DNA of 64,000 nt from positions 99,507 through 163,506 of the forward strand of contig QZKJ01000053.1 of assembly GCA_003605035.1 (NCBI GenBank), given 5' to 3'. Positions 19,676-28,862 of the stretch are shown here, in pieces. Both the position numbers and the translations under genes were made by a program. The first letter of the stretch is position 1; each line of letters starts with the position of its first letter. This DNA is from Desulfurivibrio sp. (lineage in GTDB: Bacteria; Desulfobacterota; Desulfobulbia; Desulfobulbales; SURF-16). The notes below the pieces were generated by a model. That model was not told where the DNA came from. It made no database searches and worked only from the letters and a program-made list of their open reading frames with translations.

Positions 19676-20902
19676 TTACATGTTGTACGCTTTTTCGCTG
19701 TGCGCGCCCTGGTCCAGGCCCAGCACCTCGTTTTCATGGCTCACCCGGAGGCCGCCGCTGATGATGTCGATGATTTTCAACAGGATGAGGCTGACCAGAA
19801 AGGCGTAGGCGCCGACCACTGCCACGCCGAAGACCTGGGTGGTCAGAAATGCGGCATTGCCGGCAAAAAGACCGTCGGCGCCGCTGGGGTTGACGGTTTT
19901 GGTGGCGAAAAGGCCGAGGCAGATAGTGCCGATGATGCCGCCCAGGCCGTGGATGCCGACCACGTCCAGGCTGTCGTCAAAGCCGATCCGGTTTTTCAGG
20001 TTGACGGCCAGATAACAGGAAAAGCCGGCAATGATGCCGATAATGATGGCTGAGTTGGGGGTGATAAAGCCGGCGCCCGGGGTAACGGTGGCAAGGCCGG
20101 CAATGGCCCCGGAGGCGGCGCCGAGGGTGGTCGGTTTTTTGCGGTGCAGCCATTCCACCAGCAGCCACATGCCCATGCCGGCCATGCCGGCCAGATGGGT
20201 GGAGATAAAGGCGGTGGCGGCAATGCCGTTGGCCGCGAGCGCGCTGCCGCCGTTAAAGCCGAACCAGCCGAACCAGAGCAGGCCGGTGCCGAGCAGGGTC
20301 ATGGGCAGGCTGTGGGGCATGAAGCTTTCCCGGCCGAGCCCCTTGCGGGGGCCGAGCACCAGCACCGAGGCCAGGGCGGCCATGCCGGAGGTGAGATGCA
20401 CCACCAGTCCGCCGGCAAAATCAAGCACACCCCGGGCGGCAAGCCAGCCGCCGCTGCCCCAGACCCAGTGACAGACCGGATTGTATACCAGGATGGTCCA
20501 GGCCAGGCTGAAAATGAGAAAAGGGCCGAAGCGCATGCGTTCGGCAAAGGCGCCGGTGATCAGGGCCGGCGTGATGATGGCGAACATGCACTGGTAGATC
20601 ATGAAGACGTTCTGGGGGATGGTGGTGGCGTAAACCGCGCTGGGGGCGCTGGTCACCCCGTTAAGGGAGAAAAAGGACAGATCGCCGATAAATCCGCCGA
20701 TGTCCGGGCCAAAGGCCATGCTGTAGCCGAGGTAAACCCATTCGAGGCTGATGACGGTAATCATGATAAAGGATTGCAGGATGGTGGCGAGAACGTTTTT
20801 GCCGCGCACCATGCCCGCGTAGAAAATAGCCAGTCCCGGGGTCATCAGCAGGACAAGTGCTGCGGAAACAAGGATAAAGGCGGTATCGGCTCCGGAGATC
20901 AT
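19676..20902 (-). CDS. amtB: ammonium transporter
   Basis: The ORF-track frame was trimmed to the ATG at 20902, which follows GGGAGGA. Polytopic Amt signature (DFAGGLVVHLTSG, GIHGLGGIIG). Confidence 0.92.
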   Translation of the reverse strand: MISGADTAFILVSAALVLLMTPGLAIFYAGMVRGKNVLATILQSFIMITVISLEWVYLGYSMAFGPDIGGFIGDLSFFSLNGVTSAPSAVYATTIPQNVFMIYQCMFAIITPALITGAFAERMRFGPFLIFSLAWTILVYNPVCHWVWGSGGWLAARGVLDFAGGLVVHLTSGMAALASVLVLGPRKGLGRESFMPHSLPMTLLGTGLLWFGWFGFNGGSALAANGIAATAFISTHLAGMAGMGMWLLVEWLHRKKPTTLGAASGAIAGLATVTPGAGFITPNSAIIIGIIAGFSCYLAVNLKNRIGFDDSLDVVGIHGLGGIIGTICLGLFATKTVNPSGADGLFAGNAAFLTTQVFGVAVVGAYAFLVSLILLKIIDIISGGLRVSHENEVLGLDQGAHSEKAYNM

Positions 20903-20967
20903 TGTGAAGGTTCCTCCCTGTGAAAATCTCATTATGGGCAAAGATGACGAAAGCGCTTTATCCCGTA

Positions 20968-20983
20968 AGCAAGCTGTGTGCCA
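20968..20983 (-). promoter_or_regulatory. sigma-54 promoter of amtB-glnB-glnD
   Basis: The minus strand reads TGGCAC-ACAGC-TTGCT, a consensus -24/-12 with exact spacing. It lies ~55-65 nt upstream of the amtB ATG. Confidence 0.75.
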
Positions 20984-21046
20984 GAAATTCTTCCCCGTAT
21001 CTCATTGATTTTGTGGCGTAAAAAATGCTTAACATAGTGATGCAGC

Positions 21047-21076
21047 TAATTCTTATTACATATTTGTGATAAGAAT
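21047..21076. promoter_or_regulatory. inverted repeat upstream of the amtB sigma-54 promoter (candidate activator site)
   Basis: AATTCTTAT-N12-ATAAGAATT, centred ~80 bp upstream of the -24 element. Confidence 0.3.
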
Positions 21077-21117
21077 TTCGATTATTTACAAAAATGTATG
21101 ATTGTGGAGGGGGGGGG

Positions 21118-22026
21118 TTAATTGAGGATCTGGTAACGGTCAAACATGATGGAGGCAATGGGATTTTGCGGCCACTCCTTGTGCAGCCAGGATTCAAGGT
21201 TGCGGATCATCTCCCCTCTGGCCAGCGAATAGCGGCGCAGTTCCTCAGGCGGGCGGTTGGCAAAGAACTGAAAAATGGTATCCCGGACAAAAGCTCGTTT
21301 GTCCTCGGGAATATTGGTGCCCGGCTCAAGCAGCAGAATGAGGTTCAGGTCAATTCTGACCAGGAAACCCTCGCTGTTATCCTTGGGCTGCACCGCGATA
21401 AAAAAAGAGTGCATGGGCCATTTCTTTCTGTTTTTCATGGGGGCCGGAGCAGGAGGTTCGGTTTGCCGGAGGGTCGGCTGGGGCGCAGGGGCGATGGCTC
21501 CGGGCTGTGGCTGGACGGCCGGCACGGAGGTGGCAAGCGGCGCGGCCGGGGCAGAGGGCTGCTTCTCCGCCAGCTGCTGGCTGGTGGAGCGGAAAAAAAG
21601 AACAGCGCACAGGGAGAGGATGGCGAGGGCCGCGAGGCTGGGGAAAAGAATTTTCTGATAGCGGGGCCGGGCTTGAAACCAGTCGGCGGCGCGGGCCGGG
21701 ATGGCCGGGAGGGCGGCTGGCAGCAAAGAGGCCAGCCAGGAGATTTGTGGGCTTTGTTCAGGACGTATCTGCTCTGCGGCGGTGACCGGGGAGGCGGGGG
21801 AGACATTTTTGGGTTGCGACGCCTCGCTTTCCAGCAGGGAGGCGAGGTCAATGTCGTCGGCGCCTGGTTTCGCCTCCTGCTCAAAGAAAACCTCGGCCTC
21901 ATCCTCAGGCGTGAGCATGAAATCCTCTGCCTGAAAAGCAGATTCCCAGTCGCCTCCTAAGTCATCGGCCAGTCCTTCCGGCAGCTCGAAATCGAATGGA
22001 TCTTTTGAGTCGGATTCTTTTGCCAT
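21118..22026 (-). CDS. FliL-domain membrane protein with an acidic and proline-rich N-terminal extension
   Basis: 302-aa ORF with an acidic N-terminus, one TM helix (ILFPSLAALAILSLCAVLFF), a Pro/Ala-rich linker and a C-terminal ~100 aa that resembles FliL (FLVRIDLNLILLLE...). It is the last gene after fliA-cheY. Confidence 0.55.
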   Translation of the reverse strand: MAKESDSKDPFDFELPEGLADDLGGDWESAFQAEDFMLTPEDEAEVFFEQEAKPGADDIDLASLLESEASQPKNVSPASPVTAAEQIRPEQSPQISWLASLLPAALPAIPARAADWFQARPRYQKILFPSLAALAILSLCAVLFFRSTSQQLAEKQPSAPAAPLATSVPAVQPQPGAIAPAPQPTLRQTEPPAPAPMKNRKKWPMHSFFIAVQPKDNSEGFLVRIDLNLILLLEPGTNIPEDKRAFVRDTIFQFFANRPPEELRRYSLARGEMIRNLESWLHKEWPQNPIASIMFDRYQILN

Positions 22027-22051
22027 TTATTCCGCATGGGAAAAACAGGGT

Positions 22052-22067
22052 TGCCGCGCAAGTGCCT
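22052..22067 (-). promoter_or_regulatory. weak sigma-54-like element before the FliL-paralog gene
   Basis: The minus strand reads AGGCAC-TTGCG-CGGCA. The GG/GC spacing is correct but the flanks are degenerate. Confidence 0.25.
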
Positions 22068-22113
22068 GCTCGGGATTTCGCTGGCTGGCAGTGGATCATC
22101 GCCTCTGCAGGGA

Positions 22114-22494
22114 TTACTTGCCGAAGACCTTGTTGATTTTTTCGCCAAGTGTTTCAGCGGTGAAGGGTTTGACGATATACTGGCTTACCTTGGCCTTCAC
22201 GGCCAGTATGATGTTGTCCTGCTGCGCCTCGGCCGTCACCATGATAAAGGGAATGTGGGCCAGCTTGGCGTCACCCCGCACTTGTTTGAGCAGGTCAAGA
22301 CCGGTCATTTTTGGCATGTTCCAGTCCGAGATAATCATGTCCACCTTTTCGCTCTTGAGCACATCCAGGGCGGTGGTGCCGTCATCCGCCTCGACAATGT
22401 TTTTATAGCCGAGCTGCACCAGGATGTTTTTGACAATCCTCCTCATGGTGGCAAAATCATCAACGACAAGAACTTTTATACTGGTATCTGCCAT
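22114..22494 (-). CDS. cheY: chemotaxis response regulator CheY
   Basis: The ORF-track frame was trimmed to the ATG at 22494. 126 aa with VLVVDDFATMRR, ISDWNMPKMTG and YIVKPF CheY hallmarks. Confidence 0.9.
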   Translation of the reverse strand: MADTSIKVLVVDDFATMRRIVKNILVQLGYKNIVEADDGTTALDVLKSEKVDMIISDWNMPKMTGLDLLKQVRGDAKLAHIPFIMVTAEAQQDNIILAVKAKVSQYIVKPFTAETLGEKINKVFGK

Positions 22495-22538
22495 ATCATA
22501 CCCCTCAGATGAAAAGACGCTCCAATGTTTTTTTAACA

Positions 22539-22546
22539 GTATCGGC
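22539..22546 (-). promoter_or_regulatory. sigma-28-like -10 element upstream of cheY
   Basis: The minus strand reads GCCGATAC (consensus GCCGATAA), ~45 nt upstream of the cheY ATG. The -35 TAAA is poor (TTAT/TTTA). Confidence 0.35.
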
Positions 22547-22655
22547 AAGCGGCCGCGGTAAATAAATTCCACGGGATATCACTGAACAAAGTGGCTTCCC
22601 GGGAAAAATAATTACCAACAGAATATATGATTTACTAAATTACGCAATGCCCGCA

Positions 22656-23441
22656 TCAACTGGCAAGCGATTTTTTCAGTTTTGTCCGCAGGCGCAGCAT
22701 GGCCTTGCTGTGCATCTGCGAGATGCGCGATTCGGTATAGCCGAGAACATGCCCTATTTCCTTCATGGTGAGCTCATTATAATAGTACAGGGAAACGGTC
22801 AGACGCTCTTTTTCCGGCAGCTCATCAATGGCCCTGGCCACCAGGTCTCTGATCTGGGCGAGATTGATGGCGGAAAACGGATCGGTTTCCGTGCCTGAGA
22901 AGGGCTCGGACAGGCTGTCTGACGGATTGCTCTCGGTTTTTTTCTGGCGGAGCAGCTCGATGTCCAGAAAGGTGATGGCTTTGGTCTCGTCCAGCAGTTT
23001 ATGGAAATTGGGCAGGGTCATCTTTAACTCCTGGGCCATCTCTTCATCGCTTGCCGGCCGTCCCAGTTTTTTTTCCAGTCCCGAGCAGGTATGTTCCAGG
23101 TCGGTGATTTTCCGGCGGATGGAGCGGGGAACCCAGTCAAGGGAGCGGAGTTCGTCGAGCATGGCCCCTTTGATGCGGAATTCCGCATAGGTTTTGAACT
23201 GGACATTTTTGCTCATATCGAATTTATCAATGGCATCGATGAGCCCGATAATGCCGCAGCTGATCAGGTCGTCAAGGCACACCTGGGAAGGCAGGCGGCT
23301 GGCCAGGCGGCTGGCGATGTATTTGATCAGGGGAGTATAGGTCAGGATCAGTTCATTGCGCTTTTCCGGGGAAAGTTCGGAGGAAGGGCTGAAGTAGGCC
23401 TTGGTATAATCCTTGAATTTGGTTGACTGCTGCTTGCTCAT
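22656..23441 (-). CDS. fliA: flagellar sigma factor FliA (sigma-28)
   Basis: 261-aa ORF with sigma-70 regions 2-4 (YAEFRIKGAMLDELR; LSLYYYNELTMKEIGHVLGYTESRISQ). Located after flhF-flhG. Confidence 0.92.
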   Translation of the reverse strand: MSKQQSTKFKDYTKAYFSPSSELSPEKRNELILTYTPLIKYIASRLASRLPSQVCLDDLISCGIIGLIDAIDKFDMSKNVQFKTYAEFRIKGAMLDELRSLDWVPRSIRRKITDLEHTCSGLEKKLGRPASDEEMAQELKMTLPNFHKLLDETKAITFLDIELLRQKKTESNPSDSLSEPFSGTETDPFSAINLAQIRDLVARAIDELPEKERLTVSLYYYNELTMKEIGHVLGYTESRISQMHSKAMLRLRTKLKKSLAS

Positions 23442-23517
23442 GTCGCTGGGTGAGTGGGGTCTCTTGCTGAATGATCTTTCCCGTCAAGACGGCTGAGAGT
23501 TTCGCTCACTTACTATA

Positions 23518-24414
23518 TTATAAATCAAGCAGCCGTTTCCAGAAAAATTTAATATTTCCATCGCTCTGGACGGGTCTTTCCTCTTCGGCAATAAACCTGG
23601 CCAGTTTGTGAAACATGGCGGAGGCCGGACAGTGGGGGGAGAGTTCCGTGACGAGACGCTGGGCCCGCACCGACTGGGGCAGCTTTTTGTCAAAGGGGAT
23701 GTAGCCCAGATAATCAAGGGAAAGGGTGTCCAGGAAACGGTCGGCGACCAGGGTGAGCTGCCGGAAAACGGCCAGCGCCTCCTTTTCCGAATGGGCCGAG
23801 TTGACCAGAATGCGGAATTTTTTGACGTCATGTCTGCTGGAGAGCACCTTGACCATGGCATAGGCGTCGGTGAGGGAGGTGGGTTCCGGCGTCAATACGA
23901 TCACCCGCTCCTCGGCCGCCAGGGTGAAATAGATGACATTTCTGTTGATGCCCGCGGCGGTGTCGATCAGCAGGATATCGATCTCGTCGCCCAGTTCCGC
24001 CATCTCCGCCAGAAAATAGAGTTTCTGCTCCTCGGTCAGGTCGGCGAGTTCGAGGATGCCCGAACTGGCCGGCAGGATAGAGATGCCTCCCGGCCCTTTC
24101 ACCAGGATCTCCCGGAGGGTTTTTTCGCCCAGAAAGACATGGTGCAGATTATAGCGGGGGGTCAGTCCCAGCAGCACGTCCACATTGGCCAGGTTGAGAT
24201 CCGCATCCAGCACCACCACCCTTTTGCCCAGTTGCGTCAGGCTGTAGGCCAGATTGACGACAATGTTGGTTTTTCCCACGCCGCCCTTGCCGCTGGTAAC
24301 ACAGATGACCCTGGGAGCGGTGGCTGCTGCCTGGGCAGAACGTCTGCGCGGCTTGTGGTGCTGATCCATGATTTTTTCCAGGGTATGTGCCTGATGCATA
24401 GGAGATTTCCTCAT
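23518..24414 (-). CDS. flhG: MinD/ParA-family flagellar number regulator FlhG (FleN/YlxH)
   Basis: 298-aa ORF with the deviant Walker A SGKGGVGKT. Its start overlaps the flhF stop (ATGA). Confidence 0.88.
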   Translation of the reverse strand: MRKSPMHQAHTLEKIMDQHHKPRRRSAQAAATAPRVICVTSGKGGVGKTNIVVNLAYSLTQLGKRVVVLDADLNLANVDVLLGLTPRYNLHHVFLGEKTLREILVKGPGGISILPASSGILELADLTEEQKLYFLAEMAELGDEIDILLIDTAAGINRNVIYFTLAAEERVIVLTPEPTSLTDAYAMVKVLSSRHDVKKFRILVNSAHSEKEALAVFRQLTLVADRFLDTLSLDYLGYIPFDKKLPQSVRAQRLVTELSPHCPASAMFHKLARFIAEEERPVQSDGNIKFFWKRLLDL

Positions 24415-25568
24415 GATGAGCAGCCGGCGGCGCAGGAATGTTCATGGCCGAGGGCGGCATTCCATCCCTGTTTGAACAGGGTGGCCAGGAAAGGCTTGGC
24501 GGCGACGAAAAAATCTTCCGGCACCCTTTGTCCGGTGGCGAGATAGGAGATGGGGATGTCAACTCCGGCAATCTGCTGGCAGAGGGCGGCGTATGCCCTT
24601 GTTTCGTCCAGCTTGGTCAGGATAAGACCGGTCGGGCCCAGCGGGGCGTAGGCGTCGATGATGTGTTTCAGATCCTCTTTCTTGGTGGTGGCGCTTAACA
24701 CCAGCTGCGGTTCAATGCCGTCAAGGTCGGCGAACCAGCTGGCCAGTTCCTTGATGTGCGCCGCATCATACGGGCTCTTGCCGGCTGTATCAATGATGAT
24801 GAGATCGCAGTCACGGTGCCGGTCAACCGCCTTGCGCAGTTCAGGCTGGCGGAGCACGATCTCGCAGGGTATCTGCATGATGCGGGCGTAGGTTCTGATC
24901 TGGTCGGTGGCGCCGATGCGGTAGCAGTCCATGGACAGCAGGGCCACCTGGCAGTTTTCCCGTAGTTTGTACCAGGCGGCGATCTTGGCCGAGGTGGTGG
25001 TCTTGCCTACCCCGGTCGGGCCGGTAAGGGCCAGGATCAGCGGTTTCCCGGCCTTGCCTATGGCCGGCGGCCTGATCTGCAGCTGGTCAATGAGCTGATT
25101 GCGCCAGCGGCTGACCTCTTCCGGGTCGGGACGTTTTCTGGGCCTGGGCGCAGGCGCCGGGTCGGGAGCAATGGGCCGGTTCCCGGCAGGCGGTTCAACC
25201 CCCTTTTGCCGCAGCAGGCTGGCAAAACGCTGGCGGAGATCATTGACCTCAAAGGCGATTTCCCGGTTGCCCGCCGCCTGCCGGGATGGCGGCGGGGTGG
25301 CCGGGGGAGAATCGGCTTTTTTCCGGCGGAAGGCTTCATAGCCGTAGGTCGCCGGCCGGCTGTCCGGCGGAGGAACGCAGCTGCTGGCCGCGGCAACGGT
25401 GATGGTTTCCAGATCATAATCCATGGCCGCCACCACCTCGTAACGCTGGTTGGCCGTGCCGGGGTCAAGAATTTTGTTGGCCAGGATAACGGCGTCTTCG
25501 CCAAGTTCTTTTTTCACCATGGCAAAGGCTGTTTTGCTGTCCGGTGCTTCGAATCTTTTGATGCGCAT
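24411..25568 (-). CDS. flhF: flagellar biosynthesis SRP-type GTPase FlhF
   Basis: 385-aa ORF, MRIKRFEAPDSKTAFAMVKKELGEDAVIL, with GPTGVGKTTT, DTAG and TKLDET GTPase motifs. Confidence 0.9.
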   Translation of the reverse strand: MRIKRFEAPDSKTAFAMVKKELGEDAVILANKILDPGTANQRYEVVAAMDYDLETITVAAASSCVPPPDSRPATYGYEAFRRKKADSPPATPPPSRQAAGNREIAFEVNDLRQRFASLLRQKGVEPPAGNRPIAPDPAPAPRPRKRPDPEEVSRWRNQLIDQLQIRPPAIGKAGKPLILALTGPTGVGKTTTSAKIAAWYKLRENCQVALLSMDCYRIGATDQIRTYARIMQIPCEIVLRQPELRKAVDRHRDCDLIIIDTAGKSPYDAAHIKELASWFADLDGIEPQLVLSATTKKEDLKHIIDAYAPLGPTGLILTKLDETRAYAALCQQIAGVDIPISYLATGQRVPEDFFVAAKPFLATLFKQGWNAALGHEHSCAAGCSS

Positions 25569-25610
25569 GGGTGCAGTCGTTTGTTTGGTTTTGTCGGGTT
25601 ATCGGGTTGG

Positions 25611-27719
25611 TTACCGTTTGGTTTTCATATCAACCGTGCCGAGAGACTGGATCTTCGACTGATTGGTCAGTTCATTATGGGACAATACCACCGCCTGGGG
25701 CATGAATCTCTCGATGAGCCGGCGCAGATGACGCCGCACCACCGGGGAGGTGATGATGATCGGCTGATAGCCTTCCTGGGAGATTCTCTCCACATTGGCC
25801 TGGATTGCCTCGATGATCTTCTGGCCCAGATTCGGGTCCAGGGTGAGAAACGACCCCTGCTCCGTGGACTGCACGGATTCCCGGATCAGATCCTCGATCT
25901 GGGTGGTCAGGGTCAGCACGGACAGGGTGCCGGCTTCATCGGTCAGCGTGCTGATGATGGAGCGGGACAATTTCTGCCGCACGTATTCGGTGAGAATTTC
26001 CGGATCTTTGCCCATGGGGGCATAGTCGGCCAGGGTCTCGCAGATGGTCAGCAGATTTCTGATGGACACCCGCTCCCGCAGCAGGTTCTGCAGAACCTTC
26101 TGGACCTTGCCCAGGGCGAGCAGGCCGGGCACCAGCTCTTCCACCACCTTCGGATGATTTTTCGCCAGATTGTCGAGCAGCTTCTGGGTATCCTGACGGC
26201 CCAGCAGCTCGTCGGCGTGGCTGCGCAGCACCTCGGTCAGATGGGTGGCCACCACGGTGGAGGGGTCCACCACCGTATAGCCGGCCAACTGGGCCTCATC
26301 CTTTTTGTCGGCGGCAATCCACAGGGCGGGCAGCCTGAAGGCGGGCTCCACCGTGGGGATGCCGTCAATCACCCGCTTGGCCCCCCCGGAGTCCATGGCC
26401 AGGAAGTAGCCCATCATCAGCTCGCCCCGGGCAATTTCCACCCCTTTGAGCAGCAGCACATATTCATCGGGTTTAATCTGCAGATTGTCCCGCACATGCA
26501 GAGGCGGCACGATCAGACCCATGTCGATGGCAAACTGGCGCCGGATGCCGCGAATGCGTTCCAGCAGATCACCCTCCTGGGATTCATCCACCAGGGGAAT
26601 CAGCCCGTAACCCACCTCGAGCTCAAGGGTGTCGAGGGGCAGCAGGGCTTCCACCGTTTCGGGAGAACCCAGGGGAGGCGCGGTTTCCTTTCTTCTTTCC
26701 GCGGCCATCTCCTCTTCGGTCTGTTCGGCGGCCATGGACTGAAAGGCCAGCCAGGCCAGCCCGCCCATGGCGGTGCCGAGCAGGAGAAAGGGGAGGTGGG
26801 GCAGGCCGGGGATCAGGCCGAAAAGCAGGATGATGCCGGCGGAAACGGCCAGGGCCTGGGGCTGTCTGCTGAACTGCTTGACCAGTTCCTTGCCCATGCT
26901 GTCTTCGGAAGCGGCGCGGCTGACGATGATACCGGCTGAGGTGGAAATGATCAGGGAGGGTATCTGGGAAACCAGGCCGTCACCGATGGTGAGCAGGGTA
27001 TAGGTTTCCGCCGCCTGGCCGATGGCCATGCTCTGGAGAAAAATGCCGATGAACAGGCCGCCCATGATGTTGATGACCATGATGACGATGCTGGCAATCG
27101 CCTCGCCGCGGACAAACTTGCTGGCGCCGTCCATGGCTCCGTAAAACTCGGACTGCTGGCTGATCTCCGCCCTGCGCTTTTTGGCCGTTTCCTCATTGAT
27201 GAGGCCGGCGTTGAGGTCGGCGTCAATGGCCATCTGCTTGCCCGGCATGGCATCCAGGGTGAAGCGGGCTGCCACCTCAGCGATACGGCCGGAGCCCTTG
27301 GTGATGACGATGAAGTTGATGAGCACCATGATGAGAAAGATGATGAGGCCCACCGTATAGTTGCCGCCTACAACGAAGTTGCCGAAGGACTGGATGACCT
27401 TGCCCACGGCGCCGGGTCCTTCATGGCCGTGCAGCAGGATCAGCCGGGTTGAGGCGATATTGAGCGACAGCCGGTAGAGGGTGGTCAGCAGCAGCAGGGA
27501 GGGGAAGGCCGAGAACTCCAGGGGGTCCGTGTTGTACATGGACATCAGCAGAATGACCAGACTCATGGTGATGCCGAGCGACAGCAGCAGGTCAAGCATC
27601 AGGGTGGGCAGCGGCAGGATCATGACCATGAGGATGCCCACCAGCCCGGCCGCCACCATCAGGCTTGACGGTTCGATGTTGATGGCTCCCAGTCCGAGTC
27701 TGTCAGTTTTTTCCGCCAT
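25611..27719 (-). CDS. flhA: flagellar type III export protein FlhA
   Basis: 702-aa ORF with an FHIPEP-family N-terminal membrane domain and a cytoplasmic domain. Confidence 0.97.
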   Translation of the reverse strand: MAEKTDRLGLGAINIEPSSLMVAAGLVGILMVMILPLPTLMLDLLLSLGITMSLVILLMSMYNTDPLEFSAFPSLLLLTTLYRLSLNIASTRLILLHGHEGPGAVGKVIQSFGNFVVGGNYTVGLIIFLIMVLINFIVITKGSGRIAEVAARFTLDAMPGKQMAIDADLNAGLINEETAKKRRAEISQQSEFYGAMDGASKFVRGEAIASIVIMVINIMGGLFIGIFLQSMAIGQAAETYTLLTIGDGLVSQIPSLIISTSAGIIVSRAASEDSMGKELVKQFSRQPQALAVSAGIILLFGLIPGLPHLPFLLLGTAMGGLAWLAFQSMAAEQTEEEMAAERRKETAPPLGSPETVEALLPLDTLELEVGYGLIPLVDESQEGDLLERIRGIRRQFAIDMGLIVPPLHVRDNLQIKPDEYVLLLKGVEIARGELMMGYFLAMDSGGAKRVIDGIPTVEPAFRLPALWIAADKKDEAQLAGYTVVDPSTVVATHLTEVLRSHADELLGRQDTQKLLDNLAKNHPKVVEELVPGLLALGKVQKVLQNLLRERVSIRNLLTICETLADYAPMGKDPEILTEYVRQKLSRSIISTLTDEAGTLSVLTLTTQIEDLIRESVQSTEQGSFLTLDPNLGQKIIEAIQANVERISQEGYQPIIITSPVVRRHLRRLIERFMPQAVVLSHNELTNQSKIQSLGTVDMKTKR

Positions 27720-27788
27720 GGGTTACCTGGTGCTCCGGCTTGAGGTTGTCTGTCCGTAATGCATAAGTGATAAACTCCGCCCGCTTTC

Positions 27789-28859
27789 TCAGGCGCTCTT
27801 CTTCTTCAGCCCGTAAACATAGGCCAGGATCTCGGCCACTGCCTGGAAGAGATTCTCCGGGATCTGCTCATTTATTTCAACCGCTTTGTACAGGGCCTGG
27901 GCCAGCGGCTTATCTTCAATGATCGGGATGTCATGGGCCCGGGCCACTTCCTTGATTTTGCCGGCAATGACCCCCGCGCCCTTGGCAATCACCGTGGGGG
28001 CGGTCATGGTTTCCTTGTCGTAGGTCAGGGCGATGGCCAGGTGGGTCGGGTTGGTGATGATGACATCGGCCCTGGGGACCTCGGTCATCATGCGTTTCCT
28101 GGCCATCTGCATCTGGATGGAGCGGATGCGGCCCTTGACATGGGGGTCGCCCTCGGTCATCTTGGCCTCTTCCTTCACCTCCTGCTTGGTCATCTTCATT
28201 TTCTTCATGAACTGCCAGCGTTGAAAGGCATAGTCCAAGGCGGCCAGCACGGCGATAATCAGCGCCGCTTTCAGAAAAATCCAGAAGGACACCTCGGCGT
28301 AGAAAACCAGGATGGCATAGGCGCCCTGATCCATCAGGGGCAGGAGGCCGTCCATGTTGTTCATGATCTCCCTGAAGGCCACATAGCCGACAATGACCAG
28401 CTTGGCGATGGACTTGATGGTGTTGGCCAGGGTCTGGATGGAAAAGATGCGGCCAAATCCTTTGAGCGGATCGATTTTCTCCAGGGTGGGCGTTATTTTT
28501 TCCGTGGTGTAGAGAAAGCCGACCTGCGCATAGTTGGCCACGAGTGCGGTGATGAACAGCACCAGCATCAGCGGCCCGGTGAGGATGGCCATATGCTTCA
28601 TGGTCTCCCAGGTGAGCATCACCATATTGCCCGGGATGATGTTGATGGTGTGCAGATTGGTCAGATAGTGGCGCAGCAGGTTGAGAAAATTCTCCAGCAG
28701 ATAACCGCTGAGCAGGTAAATGGTCAGCAGGCCCAGCAGCAGCACCGCGGCGGAAGGGATCTCCATGCTTTTGGCCACATCCCCTTTATTGCGGGCGTCC
28801 TGGAGCCTTCTGGAGGTAGGTTCCTCGGTTTTTTCCTGGCCGCTGGTTTCTTCAGCCAT
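27789..28859 (-). CDS. flhB: flagellar type III export protein FlhB
   Basis: 356-aa ORF, EKTEEPTSRRLQDARNKG, with the autocleavage site NPTH. Confidence 0.95.
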   Translation of the reverse strand: MAEETSGQEKTEEPTSRRLQDARNKGDVAKSMEIPSAAVLLLGLLTIYLLSGYLLENFLNLLRHYLTNLHTINIIPGNMVMLTWETMKHMAILTGPLMLVLFITALVANYAQVGFLYTTEKITPTLEKIDPLKGFGRIFSIQTLANTIKSIAKLVIVGYVAFREIMNNMDGLLPLMDQGAYAILVFYAEVSFWIFLKAALIIAVLAALDYAFQRWQFMKKMKMTKQEVKEEAKMTEGDPHVKGRIRSIQMQMARKRMMTEVPRADVIITNPTHLAIALTYDKETMTAPTVIAKGAGVIAGKIKEVARAHDIPIIEDKPLAQALYKAVEINEQIPENLFQAVAEILAYVYGLKKKSA

Positions 28860-28862
28860 CTC

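Noticed and set aside
21109-21117. A G9 homopolymer (C9 on the minus strand) that could be a phase-variation tract.
   Set aside because: It lies immediately 3' of the stop codon of the FliL-paralog gene and more than 120 bp upstream of the amtB sigma-54 promoter. Length changes would not shift any reading frame or any promoter spacer that I can identify.
25206-26939. Very long antisense ORFs opposite confirmed genes. Examples are 25206..26939 (577 aa, opposite flhA), 27933..29675 (580 aa, opposite flhB/fliR), 33629..34768 (opposite aconitase), 36240..37526 (428 aa, opposite DUF362), 8155..9054, 48249..49349, 52451..53710, 54061..55191 and 58404..59459.
   Set aside because: Their translations are Gly/Arg/Pro/His-rich low-complexity strings with no motifs. 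They mirror the codon phase of well-supported genes on the other strand, which is the usual shadow-ORF effect in GC-rich DNA with high GC3.
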